A stretch of DNA of 63,858 bases, filler included, from Bigelowiella natans CCMP2755 (Eukaryota; Protista; Cercozoa), in NCBI GenBank assembly GCA_000320545.1. It is 10 parts of 10 records of this genome, joined end to end, with 100 filler letters (N's around TTAATTAATTAA, not from the genome) between each part and the next. Parts side by side here need not be neighbours in the genome. Positions count along the whole stretch, not along the records: positions 11,215 to 29,918 come from ADNK01002881.1; positions 30,019 to 33,974 come from ADNK01003081.1; positions 34,075 to 36,812 come from ADNK01001269.1; positions 36,913 to 52,991 come from ADNK01001619.1; 6 more parts are not named here. One strand, written 5' to 3'. This document shows, one piece after another, positions 26,279 to 44,493 of this stretch (position 1 is the stretch's first letter; each line of letters begins with the position of its first letter). A model generated the notes under the pieces. The model was not told where the DNA came from. It saw nothing but the letters and a program-made list of their open reading frames with translations, and made no database searches. The position numbers and the translations under genes were made by a program.

Positions 26279-27087
26279 GACAACACAGCAAGTTTACGAG
26301 CAAGCTATAACACCAAGTGCAGAGGTACGTGCCGCGTATGGAGTTAAGGCGTTAAGGTCAACGTCGAAGAATGGGTTGGAGATATAGGTATGCGGCTCAG
26401 AAAGAACCGGGCGTCAATTCTGAATCTGGCTTCAATTCCACAGCTTGAAAATGAGACAAATGGCCTGCATTCATTCATCATGCATGATGAGGAAACGTAA
26501 CCGTAGAAAATGCGAAAGCGCTGCGGAAAACCCAGCGGGATTACTCATGAACACAGAAAACTAGGGTGCGACAAGGCGTGAGAAACCCAAAATACGAGGG
26601 ACACTGAGCTCGGATACGTTCCAATCTTTTGGTTTAGTTCCGCAACACATGGACGTTCCCTCAATTATTTTCTGGCGAATTTACCACGATTTCCTTTCAA
26701 CAACATCTACTGCGGAGATGTTCATACCACAGAAAGCGGTGTACCCAACTGGAAGGAGCACAAAAAGGACCAATTCTCTTGGATGGTATTTTAGAAACGC
26801 TTTGCTTGCGCTTTTTCTTTTATTAGGATGCGCAATAGGAATTAAATGAATGTATTTCGAGTCAGCGACAATGAATTTTCGTTGTCGTCTAATTTCCCAT
26901 AAATTTGGCGCTTCTGTAATTTTTCCGAAGTAGTCGCCCCCCCCTTTTGATCATTTTTACCGACTCTATTTTCCTTCCAACTTTTGATCTTCTAGAAAGA
27001 AGGGTGTCGAGAGTCGGAGTCACTACGTGTTGCAACGCCGGTCTATCCAAAATATTACCCACTAAGCTAATCCAACATAGAGGTCTC

Positions 27088-28357
27088 ATGTCCCAAGCAG
27101 CCAAAATTAGGGATGAAGCTTCACAGAATAATTCCGATGAAGCTAAATTGCTGAGTATTCTCGAAAGAGATCTAGGAATAGTTCATATGCTCCACCCCAG
27201 CATACTGGAGCTTGCCCGACCGCAGAAATGGGAGACAGTGGCCGAACTCAAGAGTGGGAGAACTCACTTCGCCGTGGCAGTTAGCCCTGACGGGAGCAAA
27301 ATATTTGCTGCTGGTGGTGCCGATCACTCTGGACTCCCTTCGGACACAGTCGAGTACTATAACTTTGCCACTGAATCATGGGAAGAACTTCCACAAAAGA
27401 TGCACTGCAAGCGGAGGGGCTTAGGGGTTACCATGAGCCCGGACGGCAAGAAACTTTATGCAGTAGGCGGTGATGGCCTCGCTTCCTGTGAATGCTATGA
27501 TTTCACGACGTCCCGTTGGGAGGAATTGCCCGCAATGGGCCGGAAAAGAGCGTCGGCTGGAGTCGCAATGAGCCCAGATGGGCGGAGAATGTTCGCGGTT
27601 GGAGGATCCCTCATAGGCAGGGAAATCGGGTATCAGCAGTGGAATACTGTCGAATGCTTCGACTTTGAAGAGGGGAAATGGAGGGATTTGCCACAGATGT
27701 CTTCTAGACGAGAGAGTCCTATAGTGTCAATCTGTCCTGGAGGGAGAAGGCTTGCCGTCTGCGGACAAGAGAGCTCGGATTCCGAGTACGACACAATAGA
27801 ATGCTTCGATTTAGAGGAAAGGTGATACTATTATACGTAAACAAAAACACAGAATCTAGATATACCCCCACTTGTCGACTGAGCCCGATAACTAAATCTT
27901 ATTCTTACCTTCTTTCTCTAGGAGTTGGATAACAGTACCAAAGATGACACTCCCTCGCAAATCTATAGGCTTCGCTATGAGCCCGGACGGGAAAAGGCTT
28001 TACGCAGTTGGCGGACACCGTCCAAATGGCGACTGTGATGTCACGTTATTCGAGTTCTTCGACTTCGACACGTGGGAATGGAAAGAGCTGCGGCCCTTGA
28101 AAACTACTATTGCAGAACCCAAAGTCACGATCAGCCCAGACTCTACTAAGCTTTACGTAATGGGTAAAACGTTGCGACAGGGGCACGTGATTGCATCCTA
28201 CGATTTCGAAAAAGCGGAGTGGGGTGAGATTCCTCGGACGAACAGCAAAGAATGGAAAGAATTTATCATGAGCCCGGACGGGAAAACGTTGTGCTCCCTC
28301 GACACCACGAGTCACTATGATGTAGGAAAATTAGAAGCCATCAGAGTATCATTGTAG
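27088..28357 (+). CDS. Kelch-repeat beta-propeller protein (2 exons; intron 27822-27921)
   Basis: Repeated blades 'V(A/T)(V/M)SPDG(S/K/R)(K/R)(I/L/M)(F/Y)A(A/V)GG...VE(Y/C)(Y/F)DF....WEELP.M..(K/R)R'. A 100-nt GT-AG intron joins ORFs 26947-27825 and 27944-28357 in frame (LEER|SWITVPKM). Confidence 0.92.
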
Positions 28358-28867
28358 TTCCTTCTGGAGGTTTAGCTCAGTATGTTGTATGTCATTCAGC
28401 TGAATTTAAGGCGCGCATAATCGCGCCATGATAATGTGTAGCCCGTTAATGTGGCCGTCAGTCTAGCAATGCATGTTGTGTGTTATGTCTATAGCACCGT
28501 TCTTCAATTCACAATCTTACGCTTGTGATGTTCTCCAGCAGTTCAGCTGTGCATGAGTGGCTATCTAGCTATGGCTGCTCACACATGCGATAATAGACAA
28601 AATGTGTCTACAATTGCGCAGCGCATCAAAGAGTGCTTGAATGCTCAGAGCTAGAATGTGCTGTTGTCTAGCTGTGGAAATCGTATGAATGCATGCGTCG
28701 AGATGGTGATGTGGACGTCTAGTCGGGGCAGCATGCTAGCATGCAAATCAAATCTAAAAGACCCTTTAGTCTGACTAGTGTATCAAGGTGCACATAAGCA
28801 CCCACATCTCTAGATCTGTATATCTGCAGAACTATGCAGCGAACACTTGAACGTGCGAGCTGCAAGA

Positions 28868-29193
28868 TGTAGCGCGTACCACTACGCGGGCACAAGTCAC
28901 GTGCGACAACAAAGGGGTTGTCGCGGATATAGAATATAGATAACGTAGATATTAATACAGCATAGGCACGTGGGTTCCGGCGGGACTCATGGCAGCACAC
29001 CGGAAGTGTGCTGCCCCACGTGCGGCGGCATTCGCGAAAGCTTCGCGAATGATTACGCAGTGCACGATTTAATAAAAATATAATCTTTAATAAAAATAAA
29101 CACAACTCTTCAAAAGGAAGCAAACGTGCCTTTCCCCCCCCCTGCCTACTTGTGCACGTAGCGCCTCGGCCTGTGAACACCTTACGCGCAACA
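28868..29193 (+). mobile_element. Predicted 5' LTR (326 bp) of an LTR retrotransposon, followed by a primer-binding site at 29199-29216
   Basis: Begins TGTAGCGCGTA and ends TACGCGCAACA (10/11 terminal inverted match, TG...CA). Internal AATAAA signals lie at about 29070-29100. TGGCTTCCACACACGGGA, 5 nt downstream, is complementary to a tRNA-like 3' end (..UCCCGUGUGUGGAAGCCA). The gag ATG is 40 nt after the LTR. Confidence 0.7.
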
Positions 29194-29232
29194 ACCTTTG
29201 GCTTCCACACACGGGAAACGATTTGACTAACA

Positions 29233-29918
29233 ATGTCACAGCAGCTAGAAGAACAGCAGGACTTTGGCTCGCAGGCCGTGCAAGGGCACGAGCAGAAACA
29301 GGAAAGGAAGGGCGATACGGACGCTAAGGAAGGAGGAGGAACACCTCCACAGGCACCGCCGGGACCAGCACCCGGGATTAAGAAAGCAGATGCAGCAGCA
29401 GAGGCACTGGAGAACTTCTACGAGGCGGACGACGAGGACGTGGCCGCCGAAAGCAAGAAGGTCGTAATGGCATTACGAGCCTTGCGACCCAGGGCGAGCA
29501 ACTACGCCAAACTGAAAGTATCGATAGAATACAAGTATCAGACACATGATGTTTGGGCAGCTATCATGCAGGACATCATGGATTACGAAGCAGACTTACC
29601 TCCAGAGTGGGCAGCTTTGTTTAGGAACGACGGGGGTCTGGGCGCCTCGCGGGGGACGACCCAGAGCACCGTCAAGCAGCAGCAGCCGGTACAGCGGAAC
29701 ACCCAGTTCATGTCTGTTAAAACAGCACCGGTTATGATAACGAAATACAACGGGAAAAGAGGTGAGGCAAGGAGGTGGTGGAAGAACGCTAGGAGTATAC
29801 TCTGCGACTTTACCCCTAACCCCACCGAAAACGACAAGCTCAAATGGCTAGCTATAATAAAGCAAGCCATGGACCTTTACGAGACAGGCAGGACCCGGAT
29901 CAGGCAGCTAGAGAAAAT
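29233..29918 (+). mobile_element. Gag-like ORF of LTR retrotransposon, truncated by contig end
   Basis: Intronless, purine-rich ORF immediately after the LTR/PBS. 'ITKYNGKRGEARRWWKNARSIL' resembles the (F/Y)xG....WW start of retrotransposon capsid domains. Confidence 0.65.
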
Positions 29919-30025
29919 NNNNNNNNNNNNNNNNNNNNNNNNNNNNNNNNNNNNNNNNNNNNTTAATTAATTAANNNNNNNNNNNNNNNNNNNNNNNNNN
30001 NNNNNNNNNNNNNNNNNNAAGAGAG

Positions 30026-30071
<46 letters not shown>

Positions 30072-30169
30072 TATATTAATATATTTATATAAAGGAAGAT
30101 GTGGCAGTTGTCATATCCTCTCATTACTAGTGGCCTACTACTACTACTACTACTACTACTACGGCTACG

Positions 30170-31192
30170 GCTACTACCAGATGCCAGCCCCTCCTTGGTT
30201 CCATAGCCCAAGCTTACCAATAAACCCCACCCTTTGCACGTGACAAAACAGCAGTAATCGAAGAGAATCACGCTACGCAATTAAGGAGAAAAAGAGAGGG
30301 GGGGGGGGGGGGGGGGAATGCCATAAACAGCAATCACCTATAAGCAGAGGCAGCAAGGTCCCGGACAAAGCAATGGAAATGGCAGTGCAACCGACCTGTC
30401 GCACCTTGTTTTTCATCGGTGTCATAACATCGACGGATCAGTCCGTATGAACGAGAGAGTCATCAAAGGCAGAGGCGAGATAAAGTAGTGTGAGGGCAGG
30501 GGGGGGGCTGCTGAGCAGTCTCCCATAGTAGTGGAAGAAGGAATAAACTGCATTGATTTGCATGTTACCTGGGCGGTGTCCACTGCAAGACCGCCCTCGA
30601 AAACAAGCAAAACAAGCCCCAGGCTTCCGATCAGGCGTACGGCTGATTCATCAAAGATACAGTAAATAGTGTACACGTGCGCGCAGCTTGGTCTCCAAAC
30701 GCTATGAGAGCGCGTAGGAGCAGAAGGCGTGTTTTTTAAAATTTTATGTCTTTGGAGTATTTCCACTCATCAGAGAGAGCGAGGGAGGCTAGTCACAATC
30801 GTTCTCAATCGATATCCCCTCGACTAGCACGCACACAACAATTCACAAGATCGTATGCTTGCAGTGCGACCGTTGACGTCCGGTATGATGTCGAGCCCAT
30901 GGGGGCCCATTATCGTGCCTGAGGAAGGAATGATGAGGGCTGATGGCTAAGACCAGAAGCCTAGAATACTAAAAGGGAGAGACATCATATATGAACTGAA
31001 CGCAACGAACCTATGAGAAGCTCGCCTAGAAGGGACGCATAGATCGGAGCTGAGGGGGTGAGGTTTTCGGGATGGATACGAATGTCAGAGAGGTGGCGTT
31101 GTGGAAGTGAGAATTCGACACCACGAACCCATTATGGCCCCTCCTATCCGTAGGAGGATGAGAAATCCGCCAGCTTCCAGGAGCTCCTCCAT
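30170..31192 (-). CDS. Cation/H+ antiporter (CPA2, Kef/NhaS3-like), 5' part
   Basis: Spliced 'MEELLEAGGFLILLRIGGAIM|APIYASLLGELLIG|TIMGPHGLDIIP|AVRLIGSLGLVLLVFEGGLAVD|VRQVGCTAISIALSGTLLPLLIG|WGLLVSLGYGTKEGLASG'. Contains the GE++.G.++GP..L and G+..L+F..GL motifs of the Na_H_Exchanger family. Confidence 0.85.
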
Positions 31193-31713
31193 TTAGGAAT
31201 GGAGATGCGGCCGCGCGTGGAGAAGGCCTCGTACGAGGGGGGCGACGTTGTTCCGAAGTGAGGTGTTGTTTATGTTGTTGTTTTTTTTTTTGAAGTTGGA
31301 ACAATTTTGTTACGCAAAATATACTACGTTTTCCTTTTGATAAGAATCACAGAAGCATGATTCATTCATGGATATTTCTACATGAAAACAATTTCTAAAA
31401 CTCGCCATCTCGGCGCGCAAGCCAACAGCTGTATTTCAAGAAGGGAAGACCATCATTCGCTACGCTGAAACCACCGACCAAATTTAGCCTTGCAAGAGCT
31501 GAGGTACAAGTTCTATTTATCCTACGATAGTAGTATGTTCGTGTCGCAGTGTATAAATCGTGGCTATTTATGCATAATCTCGGGTCTGATTTTTCTTCGA
31601 TTTCGACCGAATGCAGTCGGGGAAATAACATCCCCCATCCCATTCCGAAACGGAGTACCCTACCTCTGCTCGCACACCCACGCGGCGTTCTTGCGACAAT
31701 TGTGCCGACCCGG

Positions 31714-32551
31714 ATGATGAGGAAGTGCCTGAAGAGGGCCTTTCCACTGCGAGTGTCGCCTCTGATGGCAAAGAGAGGCTGCTCCGTTGCAGCGGGAGAT
31801 CCGGAAGGTGCTATTTTTTCCCAAAGCGTTAACCGACTGACTGTGTACGCTATTGCCTCGCGAGGACATAGTACCCATGAAGGCTTCCGCTTTCGAAACG
31901 TAGAATTTTAAAGTTCGAATGCGACGCGGCGATACTTGCCGCGCAGAAGTGAAGTGGCTTTATGCACTGATGGCCCCTCTTCAGGTTGCTTGCCCCCACC
32001 TCTCGTTGGGATTCCCTCCTGCTATCGCGAGGACCCCGAAGGAAATTTCTTCCAAAGCTTTCATAGCAACACAGACAAGTATCCGCGCTCTGTTGCTCAT
32101 TCGGCCCAAGTGCTGCCTGTCTCGGTACTGATTGATGCTGTTTGGAAGAGAAAATTTTAAGAAGCATGGGGAAGTGGTCAGTAGGTAGGCGAGGGGTAAA
32201 TAATAGAATACACATCTAAGGGTGATATGCGAGGAGAATAATGATTACCATTATCATCCTGACCATTATGAAGCATCGTCATTATCATCGTCATCATCGT
32301 CACCGTCATTATCATCATCATCATCATCACCACCATTACTATCAATCATCACTCATCCTCACACGAATCGCTTGCAGATCCCAGCTCTCAAAGGTGCCGG
32401 GATGGGAGACCGATGGGCGGACGACTACGTTCAGGTGTGGAGGTTAAAAATTGAATCAGCTTCGATGGGGCAGATGGTGGTGACGGTGATGATGAGGATG
32501 ATAATGCATAACCCGTAATATACATCATTAATTTCGCCAAAAAATGTGTTT

Positions 32552-32611
<60 letters not shown>

Positions 32612-32903
32612 TGTGTGTGGTGTATTGTAGAACCTGGACGGGATCTTCCTTACAGGGTCCCCTTCCAACATCCACCCAAGTAAGCAACCTCGTGTACGTT
32701 TAGCCAAAGGCGATAACAATCAGCCATAGCCGTAGTCAAACAGGTGTCGGTGAGAGCAAGAGGGGGAGGGAGAGAGAAAAGACCCTTTACTTTTGCATAT
32801 TATATGCATTCGTCATGGTGTATCTAAAGATAGAAAAACAGTTGATAAATATCTCTCAATCGCCCCTTTCCAATCTTCCCCTCTTTTGCAAATGCATGCT
32901 CCT

Positions 32904-32955
<52 letters not shown>

Positions 32956-32972
32956 CCAACCATGCCCCCCTC

Positions 32973-33017
<45 letters not shown>

Positions 33018-33535
33018 TCCTCCTTTCCCCACCTTCCCCTCCCGCCCCCGCCCGCCCCCCCCCCCTTGTTTAAGGGACATGACGTCGCTCCCCCTCATCC
33101 GGGCGGCGATCTCAGCGAATTTGCCCATCCTCGCTATTTGTAGAGGGCTACAGGTTTGTGGACGTATGTCGCTGCGGCCGCCCTACTAGCCCCCCCCCCC
33201 CCCCTCTCCTCGTCACCTTATTTCGCATCGTCGTTTGCCATCTAACCACCTCCATCACCATCTGGACGCTATGCACATAAGGAGCTCAACGTTGCGACCG
33301 GAGGAACCCTCATTCCAGATGTAGACCGGAGATTTCATGGGTATGTGCGCCTCTGAAGCGCCAAACGAGCAAACCGTATTTTCTTGCCCGCCTCGCTGGA
33401 GTGGCCTTTTTCTCTCTTTTTATTTGCTCCCGCTGGAAGAGACAGGGATGGGTTGCTCTGCACAGTAGCATAGCCGAAGGGAATCGTCGCGGTTAAGAGT
33501 GTCTTCAAACGCGCGTTGGAAGAGATGTTCATTTG

Positions 33536-33573
<38 letters not shown>

Positions 33574-33935
33574 CATAATTTTTTCTAAAGCACTTGCCTT
33601 CTTCCCCCCCTCATCTGCTCACCCTGCCCCTACCTCCTCTTTATGCAACAGCTATCCCACCGACTTCATTGAGAGGGCAGAGGGCGAGCCAGAGGACCAG
33701 GACATAAAATACGGACCAGGTGCCATCATAGGATGCATGAAAACGGCGCAAAAGCATCAGCAGCAGCAACAGCACCATAGGGGGGGGGGGGGGGCGAGGT
33801 AGCCCCCCAAGAAAGTTAGGGTGCTTAAAACCTCTCCCTCCCCCCCCCCCCCCCCCCTCCATCCTACGACAGCTCACTCGGTCCGACTTAGCGGTGTCCT
33901 GGGCGAGATCCTGGGTGCAGAAGAGATCATGGTGC
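31714..33935 (+). CDS. puuD: Gamma-glutamyl-gamma-aminobutyrate hydrolase-like (peptidase C26 / class I glutamine amidotransferase), 3' end lost
   Basis: Exons 'PPLVGIPSCYR...FHSNTDKYPRSV', 'IPAL', 'NLDGIFLTGSPSNIHP', 'RDMTSLPLIRAAISANLPILAICRGLQ|ELNVATGGTL', 'KYGP|AHSVRLSGVLGEILG'. The catalytic Cys sits in ICRGLQ. Confidence 0.88.
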
Positions 33936-34074
33936 TTGTGCTATCTGGGGAGAGGGATATTGACGCGCGATAATNNNNNNNNNNNNNNNNNNNNNNNNNN
34001 NNNNNNNNNNNNNNNNNNTTAATTAATTAANNNNNNNNNNNNNNNNNNNNNNNNNNNNNNNNNNNNNNNNNNNN

Positions 34075-34114
34075 CACTTATATATCCGATGCAGTGTATA
34101 CATGTGGCAGCACA

Positions 34115-34173
<59 letters not shown>

Positions 34174-34622
34174 AATATACACATGTATATGCATATATCG
34201 TGTGGTGATGAGAGGGGGCAACCGATGTGATTATGATAAAAATTGGTATATGATATTTATATGTGCGTGTGTGTTGACTGGTCATCATATCAGGAGGAGG
34301 AGGAGGAGTGCATTTGTTCCCCAGCATAGACCAACAACGCTGTGCGACGTGAGCAAGCTTAGAGGAGTGTACTATTTACTTGTATATCTCCCACGCCTTG
34401 TCTTGTGCGGTCAGGACCTTTAAACAGAAGCGGCAGTTAAGAGAGAGGGGGGGGGGGGGGGGGGAGTGCAGGCCGATTATAATGGCGAGGTACTCGCACA
34501 CTGGTCAGCCGTCTCTTCGTTCTTGCATTCGGAGAAAGATACAAGGCAATATGCATCTTGCAACCACCTGCTTCAAGAGCGTGTCCACATGCCCACTTCC
34601 ACCCTGTTGTTATTGTTGATGA

Positions 34623-34665
<43 letters not shown>

Positions 34666-34746
34666 GCCATCATCAGCATCATCAGCAAAATCATCCTTCA
34701 AATCACATAAATTTTGAACCAAAAAAACGAAAATATACGGAAACAA

Positions 34747-34784
<38 letters not shown>

Positions 34785-34795
34785 CTACTACTAAG

Positions 34796-34833
<38 letters not shown>

Positions 34834-35073
34834 CTACCACCACCACGACGACGACTGCAACAAATACTGGAGCTGCATGTTTATTGAAACACCTTAGCTT
34901 GGATCTCCTGAATCCGTGCCCACAGCTGGTCAGGAATGCCTTGCGTTCCCTCCCTTGCATCAAGCGCTGCTGGGAGATTTAGCAGCTGCAATGCGGTCCT
35001 GTGCACACCATTACCAGGAGTAGGCCACCGACATCAATTCAACTTGCCGTTGTGGATGATATTATGTATGAAT

Positions 35074-35108
<35 letters not shown>

Positions 35109-35579
35109 TATATATAAGTATATAGGTGTGAAAGACCTTATCTCCTCTGCTTTGGTCTCCGCGTCTCTTCGCCTCATTTTGTAGTCCTCCTTCAGCTGTG
35201 AGTAGCAGCCATATTGTTCATAATGATCATAATAAAGCGCATGAAGCCCGTTAAAGAACGACGACAACCCATCGGCAGGGCACACGGTTTACAGGTGGGG
35301 AAGGGGGGAGGGGAGGGGAGGGGGGATTAATTCCAGGTATTGAAAAATAACGTTATCGTTATAACTATCATCATCGTGATCGTCGTCGTCGTCTCTTCTC
35401 ACAAACTACTACTACTACTACTACCTCCTGTCGGAATCGCAGTGCTACTTCCTGGATCCTGAAGATGATATTAGACGCCAATAATAACAAGACACACATC
35501 GTCACATCATCATCATCACCACCATCATCATCACCATCATCATCCATGAGCTCATTCGCCAAAAGTAGCAGCGTAACAA

Positions 35580-35618
<39 letters not shown>

Positions 35619-35913
35619 TAAACGAGAGTAGCCGTTAGGTGCTCGACCGACACCAAATATCAGTTTGGGGGGGGGGATCGGAGAGAGAGAAAGAGAGGGA
35701 GAAAGAGATGCACGTACGCTGCAGGGACAAGAAGAGCGAGTGGCGACTCAGTGTTGAGAGGAGGCTCCTACCAGGAAGAAACAGCAGCACAACAAGCATT
35801 TTATGATTACAATGGTGTTAGTAATATTGATGATGATGATGTTGATGATGATGAGCGTTTACGCATCATCGTTTACTGCCTGTATTACAATACATCGAGA
35901 GAACGAATGCGAT

Positions 35914-35959
<46 letters not shown>

Positions 35960-36513
35960 CTAAATCATCACAAATAATAATAAGAATGAAAATAATACAC
36001 ATTGCTTCTTCTGCTTCTTCTTCTTTACACACACTATTTGTCCACCATCACCACCACTACTACCACTACCATCATCATCATCATCATCATCATCATCATA
36101 TCACGAATAAATGCTTCATCAACTACCGCAAAGGCCGAGGGTTTGGCTAACAAATTGGCCTCAATTTTCTGCATCATTAACGCACCAAACCAACCAGCCA
36201 ACGCACGAATAATGAAGCAACAACAGTAACAACAACACCACTTTCACAGCTTAAAGCATGAACCCCCATTTCCTCTTCTTCTCATAATTATTTTTCTTCT
36301 CCCTCCTCCTCCTCTCTCTGCACACATGGCACTACGTGCGCCAGAGTCACCTCCATTTTCTTCAAAGAAGGCACTCTTTCATGGTAAATGGCCTCATTTT
36401 CCCTGAAAAAGAAGGAATAGAAGTTGTCGCCCAAATAATCAGATGATAGCGTTAATGTTCCCCCTCCTTAAACTCAAGAAAAGATGATTATAAACGCGTT
36501 AAATAACGCATTG

Positions 36514-36551
<38 letters not shown>

Positions 36552-36575
36552 TCATAGTTGCACTAACAGTGGCTG

Positions 36576-36619
<44 letters not shown>

Positions 36620-36643
36620 ATGTATAAAATATATTGTGATATT

Positions 36644-36677
<34 letters not shown>

Positions 36678-36727
36678 CTATAAAAAAAAAAAAAAAAAAA
36701 ACAGAGAGAAAACCAGCCACCGTGAGA

Positions 36728-36768
<41 letters not shown>

Positions 36769-36812
36769 CATGTATATAATTCATAAAATATATGTATATA
36801 TATGTGTATGTA
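34075..36812 (-). CDS. ALIX/BRO1-family ESCRT accessory protein, internal exons (end of Bro1 domain, start of V domain)
   Basis: 'RENEAIYHERVPSLKKME' (Bro1 K.N..IYH..VP), 'SFFNGLHALYYDHYEQYGCYSQLKEDY', and 'ALQLLNLPAALDAREGTQGIPDQLWARIQEIQAK|GGSGHV' (V-domain LNLPAAL). Confidence 0.8.
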
Positions 36813-36912
36813 NNNNNNNNNNNNNNNNNNNNNNNNNNNNNNNNNNNNNNNNNNNNTTAATTAATTAANNNNNNNNNNNNNNNNNNNNNNNNNNNNNNNN
36901 NNNNNNNNNNNN

Positions 36913-42351
<5,439 letters not shown>

Positions 42352-42539
42352 GTCTGATGCCTGGTCTGCGGGGAGGGGAGGCAGTTCTGAGGCGCAGATC
42401 AAATTTGAATTTGAATCTCAGCGTCCGAATTTGGACAAATGAAGAAGCCGTGAACATCGAAGCACATACCTCTCCACAGAGATAACTGTGGAACCCGATG
42501 TACCTATCAGTGGCCTTTTCGGACAGTTTTCAGGTGCAC

Positions 42540-43870
42540 AAATTAGGATGTGTACAGGGTGATACATGCTCTACACTTCAAACATCGCGGCAACAGCCTG
42601 GATGAGAGTGAATGTATTTTGTGCCGGAAACATCTTAGAATACTGGTTTGTATCAAGGAGCTCTTGAGGTCGCGCCTTTTCTCTTTTGGGATGATTCGGC
42701 GCGCATTTTTCGAATCGAGCGACAAAAGAGGGGTACCCTAGTTGGAAGCGGCTTTTCCTGTTGCGTGCAAATTGCTGTTGCGTCAGCCAGACTCCATGTC
42801 GTAGAATGGGGTTTACAGGAGATTTTGCCTGTGCAAGATTGTTGGAAGATGAATGCAGACACAATTTCATCGATGATTGCAAGCAGTTTTTTCGTGACGA
42901 CACTTGACGCAGCCAACGTCTAGTCCAGTTCTGAAACCGAGGGAGGACATCCACAAAAAATTGTCGAAAATCAACGAGACAGAAAGTGTGTTTTCGATGT
43001 CATTCATCTCCTCTCGAAGTTTCGCCATCAGAAAAAAGAGCTTCGGTGTCATCTGTCAAAATGTTCCTCTTTTTCGTCGGAAGTGAAAGTCGCAGGGGAT
43101 CTTGAGGCTGTCGATATGTAATTTTGAGAAATCTATCTCTGAAGTGTCTCAGAGAAATGGGAGAAACTTCCCACATTTTATTCCGGGAGAGCGTTCCGTA
43201 ACTGGATTTCTGGACCTGGATCACAAAATAGACCATCTGATCCAAACTTTTAGTTCTTTGAGAAGCGAATATGTCTTAAGCGACTTGAATAAACCTGGAA
43301 TATTGTGAAGAATGTACGAGGTTTCATTGACAACGACATGGAAGGAGCCCTCAGGCTGACTTCAGTATCAATCTCGTTTTAGATTCATCCAACCCTTGTT
43401 TGTGGCCTCGAGTGGTAAACTGTTGATCCAAGCATGGCAGACGAGGAAGGTACCAGATCGTTGGTAGATTTTGGTGTCTCATTTTCTTCTCTTCTCTTAC
43501 CCCTGAAGAATTTATAGAAGACATTTGACAAACTTCTCCATAGGAATTCATTACATACGATGTAGCCATAAGTTGCGGATTTATCGCATATACGAGTTAA
43601 AACCAAAATCCTCGAATAATATGGTGTTTTCGATCAATTATTATATGTAAATTATAGTTGCGAAGTTCACAGCTATGTACGTGGAGGCGTACAATTCGTG
43701 GGGGAATAGTGAGACGCTCCTGGACGCATTTGCACGTGTTGCTTTCGCTCCGCAAAAGCCCGAGATTGAAGCTGCTGAGGATGAAACAGAGGTCGCCATC
43801 CCAGTAGTCGAAGATGAAATTCAAAAGGTGTCAATTTAGATGGCCAGTATATCGCAATTTGGAATTTCAC
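42540..43870 (-). CDS. Possible small multi-exon gene of unknown function
   Basis: Microsatellite-free stretch with AG/GT-bounded open segments, e.g. 'PEGSFHVVVNETSYILHNIPGLFKSLKTYSLLKELK' and 'VQKSSYGTLSRNKMWE'. No motif recognised and the model is not resolved. Confidence 0.3.
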
Positions 43871-43920
43871 AGCCCGTAGTCTGATTGTTGTTTATGACGG
43901 GACATGGCTTGTACTGCACG

Positions 43921-44456
43921 ATGCAGGTAGCGGAAGCGACAGAGGAGTCGACAGAAAGTAAGGAAAAGAAAAGCCAGTCGAAGACTATTCAGGCCAAGAA
44001 GGCTCACATTAATGATGCTAGGTATGTGTGCCTTTGTAAGAAAAAATGTTTTGTCCGCACATGCGCACAGAAGCCAAAACACACACAAATTATTTATATT
44101 AATATCTAAAAATATGTATACTTTTTTTAAATGTGAGTTGTGTGTGTAAAGCACTGCCGTTACACAATATCCTTCTTCCCAATTCAACAAATAGTTTTTG
44201 GTCAAGCAAAAATAAAAAAACCTGTCCAATCACTCTGTCCTCATTGCTTTTCTTTACTTCAAAGCATCGTGCTGGGTGACGACGGTCCTAGCAGACATCA
44301 TGATAGTGTTGGAACGAAAACAAAGCGTAGGAGTAGCAAAAATGTCGTCAATCCACCCGGCGGGAGGTCATCAATTTCATTCGGTGAAGGCGAAAGCGTC
44401 TCCGGTTAGGAAGCTTTATAGACGAGTTTACCTTTCCTCCCCCCTAACCCCCACAC

Positions 44457-44493
<37 letters not shown>

